Positions 31,806 to 41,484 of a DNA stretch of 64,000 nt are shown piece by piece. The position numbers were made by a program, and so were the translations under genes. Origin of the DNA: Candidatus Eiseniibacteriota bacterium (GTDB lineage Bacteria; Eisenbacteria; RBG-16-71-46; CAVPCR01); assembly GCA_963702435.1 (NCBI GenBank), contig CAVPCR010000002.1:224001-288000 (forward strand), read 5' to 3'. The notes beneath the pieces were generated by a model. That model was not told the origin of the DNA, did not search any database, and was given only the letters and a program-made list of their open reading frames with translations. How positions within the stretch are numbered: the stretch's first letter is position 1; the number at the start of each line of letters is the position of its first letter.

Positions 31806-33671
31806 ATGGCCGGCCTGTTCGCCGTCCTCTGTTTCGAGCCGGGAAGCGACACCCCGGCCCCGTTGCGGGCCAGGGCGCTCCTGGCGGAGCTCGCGGGCCT
31901 GCGGATGAAGGCTCCGTGGGAGCGCGAGGCCACAGCCGCCGCCGGCGGCGCGGCCGGTCTCGTCGCCGCCGCCGATCGGCCCGCGGCGCCCGGCGCGCAC
32001 GGGGTGCCACCGGCGACCACGGAGCGCGGCGCGACCATCGCCGACCTGGGGAGCGCCGCGCTCGCCGCGACGGAGCGCGGCTTCGCGCTGGCGGTGGCCG
32101 GCGGTCCGGCCCCGGGTCTCGCGCGAGAGCTCCTCGCCGCGGCGGAGCGCGGCGAGCCGGCGGCGAGCGGGGGCGAGCCGCTCCTCTCCGTCCCTCACAC
32201 CGCGCTCGCCACGGACGGGACGCGGCTCGCGATCGCCGGCGATCCCGTCGGAGCGTGGCCCCTCTACCTGCGCCGCCTGCCCGACGGCATTGCCGTCGGC
32301 ACCGCGGCGCTGCCGCTCGCGCGCCTCTCCCCCGCGCGCGACCTGGATCCGCTCGGTGTCGCCGAGCTCCTTGCTTTCGGGCAGCTCCTCGGTCCGCGCA
32401 CGCTGTTCGCGGACGTGGAAGCGATGCCGCCGGGAGCGCGTGTCCTCGCGACGGCGGCGCGCACGACCACATCCCCGCTCGAGCGTCCCGCCCTTTCGCT
32501 CCCCCGCCGCTCGCTCGCGGCGGCCGCGGACCGGATCCTCGCCGCCCTGACCGCGGCCGTCGACCAGGCGCTCGCGCCCGGCGCTCGGCCGGGGCTCCTC
32601 CTCTCGGGGGGCCTCGACTCGCGGCTCCTCCTCGCGCTTCTCGCCACCCGCAGCGCGGAGATCACCGCGCTCACCTTCGGCGAGCCGGGCGCGGCCGATG
32701 AGCTCCTCGCGCGGCGCGCCGCCGCGATCGCCGGCGTCCCCCACCGCTTCGCGCCGTGGACCCCGGAGTCCCTGGCCCGCGTCCTCGTCCACGCGGTCGG
32801 GCTCACCGACGGTCACGTGCCGGCCGTGCACTTCCACGGCACCGACGCCCTGCCCGCGCTTCGCTCCGCCGCGACCGCCGAGTGGAACGGCTTCGCCGGG
32901 GACGCGATCCTCGGCGGCAGCTTCGCCCACCCGCGCTACGCGCTCCCCGGATCGCTCCCGGCGCGACTTTTCACGACATTCAATAGAATTCTGCAACCGG
33001 CAGAGCTCGGCCGCGTGCTCGCACCGGCCGCCGCCGCGGAGCTCTCCTCCGCGCCGCAGGCCGCGCTCGCGGCGGCGCTCCGCCGGGTGCCGCCCGGGCC
33101 CGCCGCCGAGCGTGCGCGCCGTTTCCTCCTCGCCGAGCGGGTCGGCCGGCTGGCCGCGGCCGGGCTCGCCATCGATCGCCACTATCTCCCGGTCATCACA
33201 CCCTATGTCCAGGCGCCCGTGCTCGCCGCGATGGCGGAGATGCGCATGGCGGAGCGACGTTTCGGGCGCGCCCTGGCCCACGCCGTGGTCCGCAGTTTTC
33301 CGCGCCTGGCCGCCATTCCCTGGCAGCGGACGGGCGCCCCCCCCGGCACCCCGTGGCTGCTGGCCGCGCTTCGGCGCCAGGTCCTGGCTCTCGGCGGAAG
33401 CCGCGGCCGCAGCGCGCGTCGGCCGCTCGCCGACTACCGGGCCTGGTTCGCGGGGCCGCTCGCGCCGCTCCGCCGGCGCTATCTCCTCTCCCCCGCTCTC
33501 CGCGACCGCGCGCTGTTCTCGGCCGACGCGCTCGCCGCACTGGCCGCGGCTCCCGTCAGGAACGGACGGGACACGGCGCTCACCGGCGTGCTCATCGCCC
33601 TGGCGGTGGCGGCCGAGATCCGGGACGGCATGACGAACCCCCCGGGAGAGCTCGCGCCTCCCGGGGGGTGA
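31806..33671 (+). CDS. Asparagine synthase-like amidoligase lacking the N-terminal catalytic Cys
   Basis: PP-loop LLSGGLDSR, TFGEPGAADE, NGFAGDAILGG; starts MAGLFA rather than MCG. Confidence 0.8.
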   Translation: MAGLFAVLCFEPGSDTPAPLRARALLAELAGLRMKAPWEREATAAAGGAAGLVAAADRPAAPGAHGVPPATTERGATIADLGSAALAATERGFALAVAGGPAPGLARELLAAAERGEPAASGGEPLLSVPHTALATDGTRLAIAGDPVGAWPLYLRRLPDGIAVGTAALPLARLSPARDLDPLGVAELLAFGQLLGPRTLFADVEAMPPGARVLATAARTTTSPLERPALSLPRRSLAAAADRILAALTAAVDQALAPGARPGLLLSGGLDSRLLLALLATRSAEITALTFGEPGAADELLARRAAAIAGVPHRFAPWTPESLARVLVHAVGLTDGHVPAVHFHGTDALPALRSAATAEWNGFAGDAILGGSFAHPRYALPGSLPARLFTTFNRILQPAELGRVLAPAAAAELSSAPQAALAAALRRVPPGPAAERARRFLLAERVGRLAAAGLAIDRHYLPVITPYVQAPVLAAMAEMRMAERRFGRALAHAVVRSFPRLAAIPWQRTGAPPGTPWLLAALRRQVLALGGSRGRSARRPLADYRAWFAGPLAPLRRRYLLSPALRDRALFSADALAALAAAPVRNGRDTALTGVLIALAVAAEIRDGMTNPPGELAPPGG

Positions 33672-33703
33672 GCAGGTGAACGACTGGTGGTCGGCCGCGC
33701 GGA

Positions 33704-35584
33704 CTAGTGCCCGTCGAGCACGCGCTTGAAGGCGCTGGCCATGATCCCGAACCCGGCCGCCACCTTCGACTCGCGCCGCTCTCCCTCGCCGGCCGGCTCG
33801 GCTGCGTCGCGTTCGCGATCCCGATCCCGCTCGCGCCGGCCACCGCGTGCTCCGTCGTGACCGTGTTCGCCGCCGCGCCCGCCCTCGCCGCGCGGTCGGG
33901 CGCCATCGCGCTCGCGCGTCTTGGCCCGTTCCTCGGCCGAACGCTGCGTCAGGCGGATGCGGCCGCGCTCGTCGATGCGCAGAACCTCCGCCTCGACTTC
34001 GCTCCCCGACGGGAAGGCCGAGGCGAGATCGGCACCCCGCTCGACATGCGTTTCATCGGCCGGCAGGAGTCCGTCGACGCCCGACACCGGCTCGTGGATG
34101 CGCACGAACACGCCGTAGGGCTTCACGTTGGAGACCTTGCCCGCGACCGCCATGCCGACTTCGAGCTTGGGCCGCGGTGCGAGCTCCGGCAGATCGGTGG
34201 CCGGATCGAGCCGCCGCGAGAGCGAAAGCCGCTTGCGCCCCGGATCGAGTTCGAGCACGCGCACCTCGACGGTGTCGCCCTCGGTCACCGCTTCGCGCGG
34301 ATGACGGACCTTCTGGCCGAGCTCGGTCACGTGGAGGAGCCCCTCGACGCCCGGCAGGACCTCGACGAACGCGCCGTAGTTCATGAGCCTGAGCACGCGC
34401 CCCTGGGCGATGTCGCCGACCTTGAGCCGGTCCGCGACTCCGCCCCACGGATCGCCCTCGAGCGCCTTGGCCGAGAGCGAGATGCGTTCGTTCTTCTCGT
34501 CGCCCAGTTTCTCGATGCCGATCACCTTGACCCGCAGCGGCCCGCCGACCTGGACCACTTCCGCGGGGTCGACCACCCGCGCGTGGCGGAGCTCGGATAC
34601 ATGCACGAGACCGTCGATCCCGCCGATATCGACGAAGGCGCCGAACGGCTGCAGGCGGACGACGACGCCGTCGATCTCATCGCCCACCTGGAGCCGCGTC
34701 CGGGTCTCGTCGGCCTGCTTCTTGCGATCATCCTCGAGCAGAGCTCGGCGCGAGATGACGATGCGGCGGCCGCCCTCTTTGTACTCGATGATGCGGAAGG
34801 GCAGCGTCTTGCCGACGAACGCCTGTGGATCGCTGCAGTAGACGCGGTCGATCTGCGAGATCGGGCAGAAGGCGCGGAACCCGGAGACGAGGATGTCGAA
34901 CCCGCCCTTGTTGGTGCCGGTGATCTTCCCCTCGACGGTGGCATGGTTGGCGAAGGCCTGCTTGAGCACCGAGCGGTCGCGGGTCTTCTTGACCATGCGG
35001 TTCACGATCACCTGATCGCCCGCGGTCGCGACCGTGACGTCGATGCGCTCGCCGACGCCGATCTTGAGATTGCCTTCCTGGTCCCGCAGCTCGCGCGACT
35101 CGATCAGCGCCTCGCTCGGCCCGCCGTAGTCGAGGAACGCCCACTGGTCCTCGATGCGCTGCACGACCGCGCGCAGCCGATCGCCGGCGCGCACGGGACG
35201 CGTCCGCTCGAGGCTCTTGTCGAGGAGCTCGGCGAATCCCGGATCGGCCATCGCAGACGGCGGCGCCTCCTCGGGTAACATCTCCGCGCCGGCCGCCGGC
35301 GCGGCGGCCGCGGGTTCCACCGGGGTGGCAGCGGGCGGCACCGGCTCCGGCGCGTCGATCGCCGCGGACGGTGCCGGTTCGCCCGGAGCGGGTTCGATAC
35401 GTACCGGCTCCGTGTCGGTGGTCGCCCCGGAGTGAATCGCCGCGGGCTCGACGCCCGCATCAGCCGACTCGGGAAGAGGGGATACAGCCGGCCGCGCCGC
35501 CTCGGCTCCGGGTGCGGGGCGTGGTTCGCCCGCGTCGGGGGTGGGCTCGCTGCCGGGAACCATGTGCTCGATCTGCCCGTCCAT
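33704..35584 (-). CDS. 30S ribosomal protein S1-like RNA-binding protein (five S1 domains; probable paralog)
   Basis: AGGAG RBS, ATG 35584; NKGGFDI..AFCPISQID, FGAFVDIGGIDGLVHVSEL, YGAFVEVLPGVEGLLHVTEL, YGVFV..GVDGLLP. Confidence 0.88.
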   Translation of the reverse strand: MDGQIEHMVPGSEPTPDAGEPRPAPGAEAARPAVSPLPESADAGVEPAAIHSGATTDTEPVRIEPAPGEPAPSAAIDAPEPVPPAATPVEPAAAAPAAGAEMLPEEAPPSAMADPGFAELLDKSLERTRPVRAGDRLRAVVQRIEDQWAFLDYGGPSEALIESRELRDQEGNLKIGVGERIDVTVATAGDQVIVNRMVKKTRDRSVLKQAFANHATVEGKITGTNKGGFDILVSGFRAFCPISQIDRVYCSDPQAFVGKTLPFRIIEYKEGGRRIVISRRALLEDDRKKQADETRTRLQVGDEIDGVVVRLQPFGAFVDIGGIDGLVHVSELRHARVVDPAEVVQVGGPLRVKVIGIEKLGDEKNERISLSAKALEGDPWGGVADRLKVGDIAQGRVLRLMNYGAFVEVLPGVEGLLHVTELGQKVRHPREAVTEGDTVEVRVLELDPGRKRLSLSRRLDPATDLPELAPRPKLEVGMAVAGKVSNVKPYGVFVRIHEPVSGVDGLLPADETHVERGADLASAFPSGSEVEAEVLRIDERGRIRLTQRSAEERAKTRERDGARPRGEGGRGGEHGHDGARGGRRERDRDRERDAAEPAGEGERRESKVAAGFGIMASAFKRVLDGH

Positions 35585-35725
35585 TACACGTCTCCTGCGC
35601 CGGACCAACCGCGGCCGGCAAGGGATTGATTTTCGCATGAAATCGGCCCGTTCCGCAACCGGCGGGGCGGAAGCCCGCTCAAGCAGGGTCCCGGACGGGA
35701 CGATGGGACCCCCAGGACAAGCCGT

Positions 35726-36913
35726 ATGGACTTCCCAGAGCTCGCCAGCCGCCTCGGATCGAGTTACCGGAAAAACGCCCCGGAGCTCCTGGCCCTCGCC
35801 GGGGGGCTCTATCCGCGTTTCGTGTTCGCGCGCCGGCCCGGCGCGATCGAGGGCGAGATCCCCGTCTTTCACTACCACGACGTCGAACCCGCAGGTCTCG
35901 AGCGCGACCTCGCCTTCCTGGCCGCGAACGGTTACACCACCCTCACCAGCGCCGAGTACACGCAGGGCCTGAGCGGCGCGGCGCGGATCCCGGACCGCAG
36001 CGTGCTCCTCACGTTCGACGACGGGTGGCGAAGCCTCCACACGGTAGCCGCGCCGCTCCTTCGCCGCCACGGGCTCACGGCGACGGCTTACCTCATCACC
36101 GGCGTGATGGCGCCCGCGCGCGCGGCCATTCCTCCCGACTCCGATGCCGGAGTCTTCGTCACCTGGGAGGAGGTGAAGGAGGATCGCGATGTCATCGACT
36201 TCCAGTCCCATTCGCACTGGCACGCCCGCGTCTTCGTCGCCCCGCGACTCATCGACTTCATCCACCCGCGCTTCGATCGCCATGCGCTGAACCTGCATGT
36301 ACCCGTGCTGCAGACCGGCGGCCTGGATGATTTCACGCGCGCAGCACCGCTCGGCACGCCCCTCTATGCCGACGCCCCGCGATTCGCCGGCCGCCGTCGC
36401 TTTCTCGACGACGAAGCCTTGCGCGCTCGCGCCGTCGGCGTGGTGGCCGCCCGCGGCGGCGCCGACTTCTTCGCCGACCGGAACTGGCGCCGTGCCCTCC
36501 GGGCCGAGATCCGCGACCACGTCGCGCGCCACGGACGGGCGGAGCGCTTCGAGTCCAGAGCCGAGACCGGCGCGGCGATCGACGCCGAGCTCGTCGCCTC
36601 CCGCGCGGCGATCGAGCGGGAGCTACCGGGACACGCGGTGCGCTCCCTCTGCTTTCCGTGGTTCGCCGGAGGCGAGCTCGCCATCGCGCAGGCCCGGGCG
36701 GCCGGCTACAGCTCGTGCTGTTTCGGGGTCCATCCCCGGCGGCGCACGAACCGCGCGGGTGCGGATCCTCTGACGACGGTGCGGCTCCCCTCCGACTACA
36801 TTCTCCGCCTGCCCGGCCGCGGCCGGCTCTCGCTCGCCGCCGTTCTCCATGCGATGGTCCGGCGAAGCGCGCCGGGGTTCCTCCACGGCGTGCGCGCGGC
36901 CGCCGCGCGGTAG
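35726..36913 (+). CDS. Polysaccharide deacetylase (CE4/NodB-like) with large insertion
   Basis: PVFHYHDV, VLLTFDDG, DFQSHSHWH, LCFPWF. Confidence 0.85.
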   Translation: MDFPELASRLGSSYRKNAPELLALAGGLYPRFVFARRPGAIEGEIPVFHYHDVEPAGLERDLAFLAANGYTTLTSAEYTQGLSGAARIPDRSVLLTFDDGWRSLHTVAAPLLRRHGLTATAYLITGVMAPARAAIPPDSDAGVFVTWEEVKEDRDVIDFQSHSHWHARVFVAPRLIDFIHPRFDRHALNLHVPVLQTGGLDDFTRAAPLGTPLYADAPRFAGRRRFLDDEALRARAVGVVAARGGADFFADRNWRRALRAEIRDHVARHGRAERFESRAETGAAIDAELVASRAAIERELPGHAVRSLCFPWFAGGELAIAQARAAGYSSCCFGVHPRRRTNRAGADPLTTVRLPSDYILRLPGRGRLSLAAVLHAMVRRSAPGFLHGVRAAAAR

Positions 36914-36979
36914 GCGGCGGTTGGAAGACCCTCCGCGCGGGCGGCGCACAGCGCTCCAGGCGAGGAGGCCGGCTGCCGG

Positions 36980-37033
36980 GAGCCCCGTGACCGGCGGGGG
37001 CCCCGTGACCGGCGGGAGCCCCGTGACCGGCAC
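36980..37033. repeat. Intergenic 18-bp tandem repeat x3
   Basis: gagccccgtgaccggcgg / gggccccgtgaccggcgg / gagccccgtgaccggcac. Confidence 0.85.
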
Positions 37034-37263
37034 CCGGGCCGGGGAGTGAGCTTGCGGGCAAGCCGTCCCCCTCATTAGGATGGCCGCCGTGGACCCATCC
37101 CGGACCGCGTCCTCCCCTGTCCGTGCGCAATACCGTCCGCGGTCCGGCCGATAACGAGGAGACCCCCGGCGGCCTCCACCTTGCCGGCGCGCCGCGCTGG
37201 TAGGGACATCCGGGCTGCCGGCGCTCACTCAAGACCCGAAAGAACCGCCGAGGAACCCGAGCC

Positions 37264-39366
37264 ATGCGACCCACTGACGACCCTGCCCGCGCAGCGAGGG
37301 CGGCTGACGATACCCGGGACGCAGCGGCACGAGCCGGCCGACCGGATGATGCCGCCGCCTTCGTCGCCGATGTCTCAGCCTGGGACCAGCGACTGCCGGC
37401 CCTCCTCGTCCGGCTCGGTCTCGCTCTCCTCGGCGCGGGCCTGATCGCGATCGGCGCCCTGGTCGACGGTGGGGCGCTCGCGCGGTGGGTCGGTGCGAAC
37501 CTGAGCCCGGACGGCGCGATCTCCCCCGACACGGCGCGCCAGGTGGCCTCGCTCCGGCCGCTCTTCCTCGCCGCGGGCTTCATCCTGCTCGGGCTCGCAC
37601 TCGCTGCCGACTGGGCGATCGCCGCCTACCGGGCCCTCGAGGGCGCGGTGCTCGCCCTGGTGCGGCTCGCGCTCCGGCTCGCGGCCGCCGTCGCCCGCGG
37701 CGCGAGCGCGGTCGGCTCGGCGCTCGCCGGGATCCTCCCGGCACGCGTCGTCGAGGCCTCCCTCCTCGTCCTCCTCCTCGTCCTCGTCGTCGGCATGTCC
37801 TGGTGGGCGCGCACGACACAGCCCCCCTTCCACGCCGAGGGCATCAACCTGCAGCCGGCCAAGAACCTGGTGCTGCACGGGAAGTACGCCCTCCGCAGCT
37901 ACGAGGGCTGGGACCTGCAGACCTTCCGCATCACGACCGGCCCGGGGATGCTCGTGCCGACCGCCGTGGCCTTCGCGGTCTTCGGCATCCACCCGTCGGT
38001 GGCACACGCGGTGGCGATCGGCTTCTTCGTCCTCTTCCTCCTCCTCACGTACTTCATGTTGCGCCCGCACCTCGGCGGCGGCACGGTTCTCCTCGGCCTC
38101 CTCTTCTTCGTGTTGCACCCCGCCAACATCTTCTTCGGCGCGTCGTGCGGCTACGTCGATGGCGGCATGGGGGAAGCGCCGGCCCTGGCCTACCTGATGC
38201 TCGGGCTCCTCCTGTGGGCCAGCGCGCTCGCCCGCCCGAGCAACGGGCTCCTCTTCCTTGCCGGCATCTTCTTCGGCCTCTCCTTCCAGTCGAAGTGGCT
38301 CTTCCTGTTCGCGCTCTTCGCGGTCATCGGCTCCTACGCGGTGCTCCGGCTCGCCGGCCGGCGCCTGCCGAGCCGCGTGTACCTCCTCCCCGCGCTCGGC
38401 CTCCTGGCGGCCACCGCCGCCTTCTTCCTCATGCGCGTGAGCCAGTTCGGGCTCCAGGGAGAGCTGGCGCACCTCGGGCGGCTATGGGACCAGCACATGC
38501 GCCGCGCGGTCGGCTTCTCGACCGGGGAGGGCCAGGTCGAGTCGCTGTTCGCCGTGGCCCGCCCCCTGGTGACGGTCGCGCAGGTGGGATTCTGGGCGAT
38601 GCTCGGCGCGTTTCTCACGCTGCCGGCCCTCGCCTACGCGGTCGTCGTCCTCCGCCGCCGGCTCCACCCGGTTCCGCTCTACGTCCTGGTCTTCACGCTG
38701 ATGTGGTTCGCCTGGTGGTTCCTCTTCAGCTACGACCTCCCCCTCCAGCACATCCTCTACATCATGCCGTTCGTGCAGATCTTCGCCGCCAAGCTGGTCG
38801 TCGACGCCTGGCGGGCCGCGCGCCAGTGGCGGCCGGACGGCCGGCTCGTCGCGCTCCGCGCCGCCGGGATCGCGGTGATCGCGCTCGTCGTCGCCGGCAA
38901 GACCCTGGTGCCGCTGGCCCAGAACGTCGATCAGATCTACAAGGGCCAGCAGGAGCTCGCCGCCCCCTTCGCGGAGTTCGTCGCCTACGTCGAGGCGAAC
39001 ACCGAGCCCGACGCCATCATCTCGGGCTGGAACTGGAGCAAGCCGTGGTGGCTCTCGGTGGAGAAGGACCGCACGATCAAGGACCGCGCGCGCGTCCCCT
39101 TCGAGCAGCGTGAGAAGGGGCCCGAGTACCTGGTGGTCACGCCCGAGTGGCCGCTCGCCGAGATCGGAACCGGCTGGCCCGACATGGCCTACCGGAGCCG
39201 CTGGACCTTCAAGGCGAACGCCCGGCGCAAGGAGTTCATCGCCGCGCACTGCACGCACCTCATCACGACGGGCACCAGCCGCACCTGGTCCCTCTACCGC
39301 ATCAACCCGCTGCCACCGCCGGGCGACGCTGCGCCGGCCGCCGCCAGCGAATTGCGCGCTCCATGA
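37264..39366 (+). CDS. Multi-TM GT-C-fold (ArnT/PMT-like) glycosyltransferase
   Basis: More than 10 hydrophobic segments, acidic loop after an early TM (FHAEGINLQPAKNL), GEAPAL, LSFQSK, soluble C-terminal domain; glycan operon context. Confidence 0.7.
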   Translation: MRPTDDPARAARAADDTRDAAARAGRPDDAAAFVADVSAWDQRLPALLVRLGLALLGAGLIAIGALVDGGALARWVGANLSPDGAISPDTARQVASLRPLFLAAGFILLGLALAADWAIAAYRALEGAVLALVRLALRLAAAVARGASAVGSALAGILPARVVEASLLVLLLVLVVGMSWWARTTQPPFHAEGINLQPAKNLVLHGKYALRSYEGWDLQTFRITTGPGMLVPTAVAFAVFGIHPSVAHAVAIGFFVLFLLLTYFMLRPHLGGGTVLLGLLFFVLHPANIFFGASCGYVDGGMGEAPALAYLMLGLLLWASALARPSNGLLFLAGIFFGLSFQSKWLFLFALFAVIGSYAVLRLAGRRLPSRVYLLPALGLLAATAAFFLMRVSQFGLQGELAHLGRLWDQHMRRAVGFSTGEGQVESLFAVARPLVTVAQVGFWAMLGAFLTLPALAYAVVVLRRRLHPVPLYVLVFTLMWFAWWFLFSYDLPLQHILYIMPFVQIFAAKLVVDAWRAARQWRPDGRLVALRAAGIAVIALVVAGKTLVPLAQNVDQIYKGQQELAAPFAEFVAYVEANTEPDAIISGWNWSKPWWLSVEKDRTIKDRARVPFEQREKGPEYLVVTPEWPLAEIGTGWPDMAYRSRWTFKANARRKEFIAAHCTHLITTGTSRTWSLYRINPLPPPGDAAPAAASELRAP

Positions 39367-40700
39367 TCGCCATCCTCGGCGCCGGCCTCGCCGGCCTCAC
39401 CGCCGCTCATGATCTCCGCCGGGCCGGACGTGAGGACGTGGTCGTCCTCGAGCGCGAGGCGCGCGCGGGCGGGCTCTGCCGCTCCGAGCACGTGAACGGC
39501 TATACCTTCGACTACACCGGGCACTACCTCCACTTCCGCCGCCCCGCGATCCGTGACTGGGTGATGGGGCTCACCGGCGACAACATCCACGAGGTGACGC
39601 GCAAGGCCTGGATCTACTCGCACGGCGTCTACACACCCTACCCGTTCCAGGCCAACACCTACGGGCTGCCAGCGGCGGTCGTGCGCGAGTGCCTCCTCGG
39701 TTTCATCCAGGCGGCGATCGCGGCGGGGCCTGCCGCTGGGAGCGGCCCCGAGGCCAACGACCCCGGGCAGAGCTTCGAGGACTGGATCCTCTCGACCCTC
39801 GGTTCCGGCATCGCCAGACACTTCATGATCCCCTACAACACGAAGCTCTGGACCATCCCGCCGCGCGAGATGACGACCGAGTGGATGGGACGCTTCGTGC
39901 CGCGGCCGACGATCGAGGAGGTCGTGGACGGGGCGCTCATCGACCGGCGCGACCGGCCCTTCGGCTACAACGCCCACTTCCTCTACCCGATCGCGGGCGG
40001 GATCCAGGTGCTGCCGGCCGCGATCGCGCGCAACGCCGGAGAGATCCGCCTGTCGACCGCGGTCACGGCCATCGATCCCGAGAAGCGCACCCTCAGACTC
40101 CGCGACTTCGACGCGCCGCTCGCGTACGAGACGCTCATCACGACCATGCCGCTCGATGTGCTCGTCGGCATGCTCGACCCCAAGCCCGAGGCGGTGCGGG
40201 AGGCCGGCGGCCGACTCCGTCACAACTCGGTCCTCTCGGTGAACCTGGGCGTCGAGGGACGCGAGCTCTCCCCGTACAACTGGGTCTACTTCCCCGAGCC
40301 GGAGTTCTCCTTCTACCGGCTAGGTTTCCCATCGAACTCCTCCCCGCACGTGGCGCCGCCGGGCGCGAGCTCGGTCACCGCCGAGGTCGCCTACTCGGCG
40401 GCGCGCCCGCTCGACAAGGCGGCTGCCGTCCGGCAGGTCAAGGCCGATCTCGAACGCGCCGGCATCCTCCGGCGCGGCGACCGGATCGGGGTCGAAGCGG
40501 TGTTCGAGATCCCCTGCGCGTACGTCCTCTACGACCACGCGCGGCGGGGCGCCGTGGATTCGATCCGGGCCTACCTGAAGAGCCGCGGCATCCTCTCGGT
40601 CGGCCGCTACGGCGCCTGGGAATACAGCTCGATGGAAGACGCCATCACCGGCGGCCGCGAGGCCGCCGAGTCCATCCTGAACGCCGAGGTCACGCCATGA
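39363..40700 (+). CDS. FAD-dependent oxidoreductase, UDP-galactopyranose mutase-like
   Basis: ILGAGLAGL, GGLCRS..GYTFDYTGH, YPFQAN, FEDWI, PYNTKLW, FLYPIAGG, GRYGAWEY; ATGA overlap. Confidence 0.8.
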   Translation: MIAILGAGLAGLTAAHDLRRAGREDVVVLEREARAGGLCRSEHVNGYTFDYTGHYLHFRRPAIRDWVMGLTGDNIHEVTRKAWIYSHGVYTPYPFQANTYGLPAAVVRECLLGFIQAAIAAGPAAGSGPEANDPGQSFEDWILSTLGSGIARHFMIPYNTKLWTIPPREMTTEWMGRFVPRPTIEEVVDGALIDRRDRPFGYNAHFLYPIAGGIQVLPAAIARNAGEIRLSTAVTAIDPEKRTLRLRDFDAPLAYETLITTMPLDVLVGMLDPKPEAVREAGGRLRHNSVLSVNLGVEGRELSPYNWVYFPEPEFSFYRLGFPSNSSPHVAPPGASSVTAEVAYSAARPLDKAAAVRQVKADLERAGILRRGDRIGVEAVFEIPCAYVLYDHARRGAVDSIRAYLKSRGILSVGRYGAWEYSSMEDAITGGREAAESILNAEVTP

Positions 40701-41458
40701 ACCCCGCCCCGAAACTCTCGATCCTCATCCCGGTCTACAACGAGGAGACGATCCTCGAGGCATCCACGCGCGCCATCGTCCAGGAGCTGGGAGCCCGCGG
40801 CTACGACTACGAGCTCATCCTCTGCGAGAACGGGAGCAAGGATCACACGGCCGCGATCGGCGCCCGGCTCGCGGCGGAGCTGCCGCACACGCAGCTCTTG
40901 CGCTATCACGAACCGAACTACGGGGGCGCGCTCCGCGCCGGCATGCGCCAGGCGACGGGCGACATCCTCATCTGCTACGAGATCGACTTCTGGGATCTCG
41001 ACTTCGTCGCCCAGGCCCTCCCTCTCCTCGAGCGTTACGACATCGTGATCGGCTCGAAGCGGGCGCAGGGCGCGGCAGACAACCGGCCCTTCATGCGGCG
41101 GCTCGCCACCATGGTCTTCAACCTCATGCTGCGCGCCCTCCTCGGGTTCCGCGGCACCGACACCCACGGACTCAAGGCACTGCGGCGCGCCGCAGTGCTC
41201 GATATCGTCGAGACCTGCGAGACCGATCGCGACGTGTTCGTGACCGAGCTCATCGTGCGCGCCCAGTACCTGGGCCTAGCGATCACCGAGATCCCGATCG
41301 CGGTGCACGAGATCCGCCCGGCGCCGATCCACATCTACCGCCGCGTGCCGCGGGCGCTCAGGCAGGTGCTCAGGCTGTGGCGGTTGTCGCGCGGCTGGCG
41401 GCAGCAGAGCCGCGCCGCGCAGGCCGCGCTCGCCGTCAAGCGCGAGGCCGCCCTCTAG
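40697..41458 (+). CDS. GT2 polyprenol-phosphate glycosyltransferase (DPM/DPG-synthase-like)
   Basis: LSILIPVYNEE, ENGSKD, YGGALRAG, VIGSKR, DTHGLKA. Confidence 0.85.
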   Translation: MNPAPKLSILIPVYNEETILEASTRAIVQELGARGYDYELILCENGSKDHTAAIGARLAAELPHTQLLRYHEPNYGGALRAGMRQATGDILICYEIDFWDLDFVAQALPLLERYDIVIGSKRAQGAADNRPFMRRLATMVFNLMLRALLGFRGTDTHGLKALRRAAVLDIVETCETDRDVFVTELIVRAQYLGLAITEIPIAVHEIRPAPIHIYRRVPRALRQVLRLWRLSRGWRQQSRAAQAALAVKREAAL

Positions 41459-41484
41459 CCGCCGACCCTGCCGCCGGCACTGCC

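Noticed and set aside
31806..33671. Lasso peptide cyclase cluster
   Set aside because: No B1/B2 proteins, precursor or transporter nearby; context is polysaccharide synthesis.
33704..36532. 942-aa S1 ORF as a fusion
   Set aside because: The first ~316 aa are antisense to the deacetylase; the real start is ATG 35584 with an AGGAG RBS.
36980..37033. Possible CRISPR array
   Set aside because: Direct tandem 18-mers with no spacers and no cas genes.
39363..40700. Protoporphyrinogen oxidase (hemY) call
   Set aside because: No heme genes nearby; motifs and coupling to glycosyltransferases fit a sugar-nucleotide mutase better.
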